Shown here piece after piece: positions 58,282 to 64,000 of a DNA stretch of 64,000 nucleotides; position 1 is the first letter of the stretch, and every line of letters begins with the position of its first letter. The notes beneath the pieces were generated by a model. That model ran no database searches. It saw nothing but the letters and a program-made list of their open reading frames with translations, and was not told where the DNA came from. The stretch covers positions 2,553-66,552 of the forward strand of contig JAICHO010000001.1 of assembly GCA_025924835.1 (NCBI GenBank). The letters are read 5' to 3'. The position numbers and the translations under genes were made by a program. Source of the stretch: Candidatus Saccharimonadota bacterium (GTDB lineage: Bacteria; Patescibacteriota; Saccharimonadia; Saccharimonadales; JAICHO01).

Positions 58282-59301
58282 CTAGCTGCCTCCAAAGTTT
58301 TCAAGGTCAAAGTTTATGCCTTCCTGAAGAATGTCAAAATCTATCAGGTGTTTCCATCCCACATCGGTCGCAGGGTGCCTCAAAACCATGCGGTAAACTC
58401 CGAGTAAGTGCTCATCATAAAAAGCCTGCTTTTCCGCTAACGTATTCTCGGCTAATACCCCACGCTCGGACAATGAGCCGAGTAGCAGCAATAAGTCCCT
58501 AAGAACTACCTCGTGTAGCCGTACGCTATCTTCCTCGCTCAACCCGCCGTCAGGTTGCACCGTAAAGGTATTGGCGGAAAAGGTCTCCAGATCTACGAGG
58601 CGCAGGCCTGACTGGTCCCATGCCATGTTTCTAAGGCGGGCATCGCCATGTGATGGAACCACAACATCATCTTCTTGAGGATTACGGACGGGGGTAGAAT
58701 GCAACAAGCCTAGCGTTAAAGCGCACTTTTCTATGATTGCTGTCAGCATATCAGGATCGTCTTGCGTATCCAGTAAGGTGCCCCATTCAAAATTGTCAAA
58801 ACTACGCACCTGCGGTTCAAAGTCCGTAATGAGTGCCGGGTTTTTGCCGACCATTGCTAGACCGACTGGATTAAAGGTGCGAATTAAATCGGCCTGCCTC
58901 ACCAGGCGAGTTGCTGCGTATTCATGCATAGCCGCTTCCAGGTCACCCTCAAAAATTTTAACAGCGACTGGCCGGCTGATGTCTCCGTCGGGACCTTCAA
59001 AATTCATATGCCCAAAGCGCACGTCATGAGCCGAGGCTTCTCTTCCCTCGCGCCAGCTTGGTTCTTCGGTAAATGCAAAACGACTAGGCCCGGCGTGCTC
59101 TGCTCTAGACCCCAGTTCGACGGCTTTGTCGGCTGCAAGCACTAGGCCATTGTAGGCAGCCCGGCCAAGGCTCTCTGCCAAACCGCCAATAACCACCTTG
59201 CCATTTACCACTTCAGCCTGGTTTAAGGGCAAAGCAGCGGGCAAAATATCGCCCTCGAAGTGAAAGGCCGGGAATGATTCGTGTAGGTGAGTTGTTGCCA
59301 T
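58282..59301 (-). CDS. Protein-kinase-like protein, paralog of 56265-57557
   Basis: SAHDVRFG, VAVK, MHEY, LGLLH, SHGDARLRN, LVDLE. Confidence 0.8.
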   Translation of the reverse strand: MATTHLHESFPAFHFEGDILPAALPLNQAEVVNGKVVIGGLAESLGRAAYNGLVLAADKAVELGSRAEHAGPSRFAFTEEPSWREGREASAHDVRFGHMNFEGPDGDISRPVAVKIFEGDLEAAMHEYAATRLVRQADLIRTFNPVGLAMVGKNPALITDFEPQVRSFDNFEWGTLLDTQDDPDMLTAIIEKCALTLGLLHSTPVRNPQEDDVVVPSHGDARLRNMAWDQSGLRLVDLETFSANTFTVQPDGGLSEEDSVRLHEVVLRDLLLLLGSLSERGVLAENTLAEKQAFYDEHLLGVYRMVLRHPATDVGWKHLIDFDILQEGINFDLENFGGS

Positions 59302-59419
59302 GGTTTTATTTTGTCTGTTCCATTAAGGAAATAACTTATAAAACAGAGTATACCATAAATGTTACTCTAAGTAAATATGTAGTCGGTGGCGATTGCGGTT
59401 TTGAGATATACTCTACTTA

Positions 59420-59608
59420 ATGATGACTGACCCGAATGAATCAACACTATCTGTATCGCCTGAAGACCAAGATCTTGATGTGCAGGCTGTATCGCTCGTG
59501 ACCCGTGGTTTTGCAACGGCCTTTCGGAATAGTGGGGTTGCTATTGAAGTGGTAGAAGACGGCGCTGAGATTACCTTTCCAGAGGCAGAGGCTCCAGCGC
59601 TTGATTAA
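59420..59608 (+). CDS. Small acidic hypothetical protein
   Basis: 62 aa; TATACT 7 nt before the ATG. Confidence 0.55.
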   Translation: MMTDPNESTLSVSPEDQDLDVQAVSLVTRGFATAFRNSGVAIEVVEDGAEITFPEAEAPALD

Positions 59609-59619
59609 TTAAAGATAGG

Positions 59620-60954
59620 TCAAACTGCGATTAAAGCGTCCGTAAACTCTTCATCAAACACCTTGAGTAGTACGCGTTGGGCGCGTCGTAAGGCTCCTTG
59701 ACTGGCTGGTAGTTTTCGGTTTTGGTAGGCAGCCAGCAAGTCATCGGCCGCTTGAGCCATTTTATCGGTACTACATCGCTTGAAGTACAGCACAGGAATG
59801 CCACCGTAATCTTCTTCTCCGACCCTATTTCGTCTACTTGCTTTGGCCCCATGAGCAGCCTTTTTGGCGTTATCCCCCTCTTCCTCTTCGCGGCTTAACA
59901 GTTTGAGCTGTATAGGCGTCGTATGAACAAAATTGCCGTCGGTATCACGCCTTTGCACAATCAAATCAAATGATCGATAAGGTCGGAGCTTCAGGGTATT
60001 CGGTTCATCCTCGTGCTTAAAGGCCCGACGCAGACCATAATCAATCGCAGCGCCTGGTTCAGAATGTACATACATTAACCCCCTGGTTACAATGGCTGCA
60101 AAGCTTTCCAGCATAAAACCCGCCCAGTCCGCACCTTCATCCCCTCCGGTTAGAGCGTCGCGTGCGTCTGCTAACTTCACTTGCCTGCCTATTTCTTGCA
60201 GGTCAACTAGTTGCTCTTCCAACAGTTCAATGGCAAGCTCCTGCAAAGACTGCAGCCACTCATTATCGCCCGCCAGCTTGGCAGCCCTCAGGTCCTGATC
60301 AAGCCACTCAAAGCGAATATCGGCCCGATACTGGCTAGCCAGCAACCTATCTGTCCATTCGGCAGTTGTATCATCGTATAAACGGTCATATGCCAAGACA
60401 GCCGTTACAAACAGAGTCTCTCGGGCGCTTGGCTCTTGCTCTACCCAGGCAGCCTTATGAATGAGCTGACCAGCCAGCAAAAGATCTTTGGTGGGTTTTT
60501 GCAATTCCCAGCTATTCTTCCCCACCAGGGTCATGAATTGTTCAGATACATGCTCTGAATCGGAACCTGTCATAATAAAGTCTTCTGGATCCCCCGAGTA
60601 ATTGGCGTAGAGCAATAGCCCGGCTGCCCGCAGCAAATCAGGCTGTCCTTCATGATATGCGTTAAAACTGCCTATCGCTTGGTCCCAGGCGGCAACAGCA
60701 TTACTTATCGTCGCTTCTTGCGGCTTACCAGTGCGCATATCGGGCATTAATTCAAAATCGGGTAACTGCCCGTCGCATACAACTCGGGCAGTAAGAGCAC
60801 CCACATAACTGCCTAACCGGCATGTTTTTAGAACATCGTCTAGATTGACAAAGTTACTAGCCTCTCTGAATTCGCTCCAGTAGTCACCATAAGGACCCGA
60901 TTGGGCGGATGGAACCTCAAAAGTGTTAGGAATTGGCTGTTTTACCTGAAGCAT
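59620..60954 (-). CDS. Hypothetical protein, helical N-terminus with a possible PD-(D/E)xK nuclease C-terminus
   Basis: GFMLE...SFDLIV...PIQLK motif arrangement. Confidence 0.65.
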   Translation of the reverse strand: MLQVKQPIPNTFEVPSAQSGPYGDYWSEFREASNFVNLDDVLKTCRLGSYVGALTARVVCDGQLPDFELMPDMRTGKPQEATISNAVAAWDQAIGSFNAYHEGQPDLLRAAGLLLYANYSGDPEDFIMTGSDSEHVSEQFMTLVGKNSWELQKPTKDLLLAGQLIHKAAWVEQEPSARETLFVTAVLAYDRLYDDTTAEWTDRLLASQYRADIRFEWLDQDLRAAKLAGDNEWLQSLQELAIELLEEQLVDLQEIGRQVKLADARDALTGGDEGADWAGFMLESFAAIVTRGLMYVHSEPGAAIDYGLRRAFKHEDEPNTLKLRPYRSFDLIVQRRDTDGNFVHTTPIQLKLLSREEEEGDNAKKAAHGAKASRRNRVGEEDYGGIPVLYFKRCSTDKMAQAADDLLAAYQNRKLPASQGALRRAQRVLLKVFDEEFTDALIAV

Positions 60955-61044
60955 TTATTTTACGGGACCCGCTAACTCTAACCGTATGGTAGCACTGGCA
61001 CGGTTACGGCGTCAAAATATTGTTCGTCGGTACGCCAATGGTTA

Positions 61045-62322
61045 TTACGCCTTGGCAAGCAGCTGCCGGGCAATTTCGCGCTCATCCCAAGGGATGTTTT
61101 TGCCGCCCATGTTGCGGAAATCCTCATGGCCCATACCGGCCAATATTACAACATCACCTTTTTTGGCTTCTTTAAAAGCAGTCTGTATGGCCTTGTACCG
61201 GTCGGCAATAACTTTTGTTTTGGGCTCACCGCCAGCCTGTACAATCCCCTGGTATACGGCCTGTCGGATTGCATCCGGATCCTCGTTGTAGGTTTCGTCA
61301 TCCGTTAAATAGATGCTGTCGGCATACTTGGCGGCAAGCTGGCCCATAATCGGCCGTTTTGCCTTGTCACGGTCACCGGTAGCGCCAAAAACAATGCTAA
61401 CTCGCCCCTTGTGCTTCCCAGCTTGCAGAACCTTCTGCAAAGCATCGGGCGTGACGGCAAAGTCAACCCAGACTGTGAAATTCTGGCCTTGATCAATGTT
61501 TTCCATACGGCCCGGGACTAGCTCCAGAGTGCCTATCCCTTCCGTGATCGCATTGTCGTTCAAGCCCAAGATTATCCCCACGGCCGCTGCGGCAGTAGCG
61601 TTATATACGTTAAACAGGGCCGAGAGTTTAGTATGTAGAGAGATAGCCCGGCTCTGATAAGCCAGCTGCCACTGACTACCCTGCCCTTCCTGAATCACTT
61701 TTTCTATGCGTACCGTACTGTCAGATATCTGTCCATACGTTGCTATCTGCCCGACAGATTGCTGCTGAAAATAATCATACCAGTCATCGTCACGGTTCAG
61801 AATACAGTGCTTAGGCTTAAGATAGCCGTTGAATAAGCGCGCTTTGGCTTCAGCGTACCGCTCCATAGTTTTGTGGTAATCCAGATGGTCCTGGGTCAAA
61901 TTGGTCATGACCGCCACCTCAATCGGGATACCAACAAGCTTGTGCTGGTGCAAGGCCATACTAGTGACCTCTAGCACCACAAAGTCCACTCCTTGCTCTT
62001 TAGCAGATTTTAAGAATTCAAGTAGTTTGCCGGTTAATGCTACTGAACGGTGCGTCTTGTTCGGCTCTGGCTTGCCATTCATTTCTATAACGGCCGTCGT
62101 ATACATAGCAGTTTTGTACCCTGCAGCCTTAAGCACCTCGTTTATGTAGCAACAGGTCGTGGTCTTGCCGTTCGTCCCCGTTATGGCAATGATCCTGAGA
62201 CCTTTTGCCGGGAAACCATAACGGGCCTGCAGTGTGTACACCCGGCTTTTACGGTACGTTTCTTCTGCCAGTTTAATTCCCTGCTTTGGCAAGATTTTCC
62301 GGACCAACTTCTTTGGATTCAT
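61045..62322 (-). CDS. murE: UDP-MurNAc-tripeptide synthetase MurE
   Basis: ITGTNGKTTT, EVTS, TNLTQDHLDYH, VPGRME, FGATGDRD, AGMGHE; start MNPKK at 62322. Confidence 0.93.
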   Translation of the reverse strand: MNPKKLVRKILPKQGIKLAEETYRKSRVYTLQARYGFPAKGLRIIAITGTNGKTTTCCYINEVLKAAGYKTAMYTTAVIEMNGKPEPNKTHRSVALTGKLLEFLKSAKEQGVDFVVLEVTSMALHQHKLVGIPIEVAVMTNLTQDHLDYHKTMERYAEAKARLFNGYLKPKHCILNRDDDWYDYFQQQSVGQIATYGQISDSTVRIEKVIQEGQGSQWQLAYQSRAISLHTKLSALFNVYNATAAAAVGIILGLNDNAITEGIGTLELVPGRMENIDQGQNFTVWVDFAVTPDALQKVLQAGKHKGRVSIVFGATGDRDKAKRPIMGQLAAKYADSIYLTDDETYNEDPDAIRQAVYQGIVQAGGEPKTKVIADRYKAIQTAFKEAKKGDVVILAGMGHEDFRNMGGKNIPWDEREIARQLLAKA

Positions 62323-62329
62323 ACCTCCT

Positions 62330-62337
62330 AGTATACT
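62330..62337. promoter_or_regulatory. Palindromic bidirectional -10 element AGTATACT
   Basis: TATACT on each strand, exactly 7 nt from the murE and tsaD start codons. Confidence 0.7.
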
Positions 62338-62344
62338 GGTTCTA

Positions 62345-63412
62345 ATGCGGATCCTTGGAATAGAAACTAGCTGCGACGAAACTGCCTGCGGCATCGTAGA
62401 AGACGGCAAACGATTGCTGTCTAATGTTGTCTTGTCCAGTATGGACCTGCACGCCGCCTATGGTGGTGTCGTACCAGAAATTGCCGCCCGCAGCCATATT
62501 GAGGCAATTATCCCTGTTATTAGACAATCCTTGCAGCAAGCTCAGTGTACGTGGGATGACATTGATGGTATTGCCGTTACCTATGGGGCCGGCCTAGGCG
62601 GTTCCTTGCTGGTAGGCGTCATGACTGCCCGGACCCTGGCAATTACCAAAAATAAGCCGCTGTATGCCATTAACCACGTGGAGGCACACATTTACGCCAA
62701 CTTCCTCACCGACGCGGCACCTTCCTTGCAAGATTATGTACTCCCCAAACATCAGCCGGAGTTTCCAATGCTAGGGCTTATCGTATCTGGCGGCCATAGT
62801 CAGCTGGTACTGTGGCGTGGTCATTTTGATTACACCTTACTTGGCCAAACTCAAGATGACGCTATCGGCGAGGCCTTTGACAAGGTAGCTAAGGTTTTGG
62901 GCCTGCCCTACCCTGGCGGTCCCAATATTGAACGGGCTGCCGAGCACGGTGACCCTTATGCGTTTAACTTCCCCAAAGCCAAAATGCCTAACAAATATGA
63001 TTATAGCTTCTCTGGGCCCAAAACAGCCGTCCTGCGCGCTGCACAGCAGCAGATTGGTGAATCACACGACTTTCCTAGCCATAAGCTGTCACAGCGACTG
63101 TCTGAAGCCCAGAAGGCCAACATTGCTGCCAGCTTTCAGCGCATAGCTGTTGAGACCGTTGTCGACAAGACCATAATGGCATATGAGGAAGGTAAACCAC
63201 TGAGCGTGGTGATCGGCGGCGGCGTCGCCAGCAGCCCGGAGTTACGACGACAGCTAGCTCAGCGCTTGCCTATAGAGATTGCATATACTGACAGAAAGCT
63301 CTGTACCGATAACGGTGCCATGATAGCTACACTAGGCTGCTTCCATATGCTGCACAACCAGCCGGTTGCCGACCCCTATAAATTAGCCATCTCCCCTAAT
63401 CTGTCCATGTAG
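62345..63412 (+). CDS. tsaD: tRNA N6-threonylcarbamoyltransferase TsaD
   Basis: MRILGIETSCDET, GGVVPEIAARSH, NHVEAH, SGGH, GEAFDK, TDNGAMIA. Confidence 0.97.
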   Translation: MRILGIETSCDETACGIVEDGKRLLSNVVLSSMDLHAAYGGVVPEIAARSHIEAIIPVIRQSLQQAQCTWDDIDGIAVTYGAGLGGSLLVGVMTARTLAITKNKPLYAINHVEAHIYANFLTDAAPSLQDYVLPKHQPEFPMLGLIVSGGHSQLVLWRGHFDYTLLGQTQDDAIGEAFDKVAKVLGLPYPGGPNIERAAEHGDPYAFNFPKAKMPNKYDYSFSGPKTAVLRAAQQQIGESHDFPSHKLSQRLSEAQKANIAASFQRIAVETVVDKTIMAYEEGKPLSVVIGGGVASSPELRRQLAQRLPIEIAYTDRKLCTDNGAMIATLGCFHMLHNQPVADPYKLAISPNLSM

Positions 63413-63523
63413 CACTGTGCGTCGTGCCGTAGTTATGTTATGCTTATGGTTGAAAACAAAAAGTTCGCATATTGCCATGGGTGTGGCAGGTACTTTGCAA
63501 ACAAACGTAACAATTTAGGAGAC

Positions 63524-63561
63524 AAACTTAGGGGTTTCACATGAAACCGTTGAGTTTTTTT
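63524..63561 (+). terminator. Putative intrinsic terminator between tsaD and valS
   Basis: AAACTTA..GGTTTC-ACAT-GAAACC..TGAGTTT followed by a T-run. Confidence 0.6.
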
Positions 63562-63627
63562 GCTAATTTTCTGTTTATGTTCATCTGAGTGGTTATAGCG
63601 TACCAGAGGTGGTATGATGTTATTTAT

Positions 63628-64000
63628 ATGAATTTACCAAAAACGTACGAACCGGGTACCTATGAGAAGGACATCTACGCTCTCTGGGAAAGTAAGGGTG
63701 CTTTTATGGCGCATCCCGAAAAAGACGCCGAGCGGTTCGTTATTTCTATGCCGCCGCCTAACGAAACTGGTACCTTGAGCCTGGGCCATGCCATGTACAC
63801 GCTGCAGGATATTATGATCAGATACGCCCGTATGCAAGGCAAGGATGCCTTGTGGCTGCCCGGAACCGACCACGCCGCCATCGCCGTTAATGCCATTATA
63901 GAAAAGCGGCTGGCAGAGGAGGGGACCAACAAGCATGAAGTCGGCCGCGAGGAGTTCTTGCGCAGGACCAAGGAGTTTGTCGGCAATAGTCGTGACACTA
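63628..64000 (+). CDS. valS: Valine--tRNA ligase, 5' part
   Basis: Manual translation: MNLPKTYEP...ISMPPPNETGTLSLGHA...YARMQG...WLPGTDHAAIA...GREEF. Confidence 0.93.
   Translation, partial: MNLPKTYEPGTYEKDIYALWESKGAFMAHPEKDAERFVISMPPPNETGTLSLGHAMYTLQDIMIRYARMQGKDALWLPGTDHAAIAVNAIIEKRLAEEGTNKHEVGREEFLRRTKEFVGNSRDT

Noticed and set aside
56265-63412. Bud32-like kinases near tsaD as a KEOPS-like system
   Set aside because: The genes are 3 kb or more apart, on opposite strands and separated by murE. The resemblance is limited to generic kinase motifs.
56201-63431. Identical 12-mer CGTCGTGCCGTA in two intergenic regions (56201-56212 and 63420-63431)
   Set aside because: Only two copies were seen, and 12-mer pairs occur by chance in 64 kb. 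Not supportable as an att site or operator without a genome-wide count.
63634-63998. Minus-strand ORFs at the window end
   Set aside because: Antisense shadows of the open-ended valS on the plus strand.
1-64000. CRISPR arrays, tRNA/rRNA genes, IS elements, prophage genes
   Set aside because: No spaced direct repeats, cloverleaf motifs, transposases, integrases or phage structural genes were recognised by eye. tRNAscan and Infernal were not run.

Overview
Gene-dense bacterial chromosome segment. It most likely comes from a Patescibacteria/CPR genome of Saccharibacteria type, inferred from compact spacing, the gene repertoire and orphans scattered among core genes. Core genes: pnp (partial), rpsO, truB, rpsT, holA, mutM, polA, dnaG-rpoD, orn, gdhA, argS, groES/groEL, murE, tsaD and valS (partial). 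Other genes: transporters, a fused trehalose OtsAB, asparaginases, CapA/M15 cell-wall enzymes and about 15 orphan ORFs. I saw no tRNA, rRNA, CRISPR array, integrase or transposase. The strongest leads are as follows. (1) An apparent Arg-sensing leader-peptide attenuator upstream of a GNAT-like gene and argS. (2) A CDP-alcohol phosphotransferase / PHP / CarS-like operon, a possible minimal phospholipid head-group pathway. (3) A kinase / pseudokinase / kinase orphan cluster next to a putative PD-(D/E)xK nuclease. (4) An unannotated 47-aa membrane peptide gene between groES and groEL, downstream of tandem CIRCE sites. (5) Widespread leaderless-type promoters, including one palindromic -10 box shared symmetrically by divergent murE and tsaD. 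(6) An in-frame TAA in holA. All family calls are motif recognition by eye; no database searches were run.
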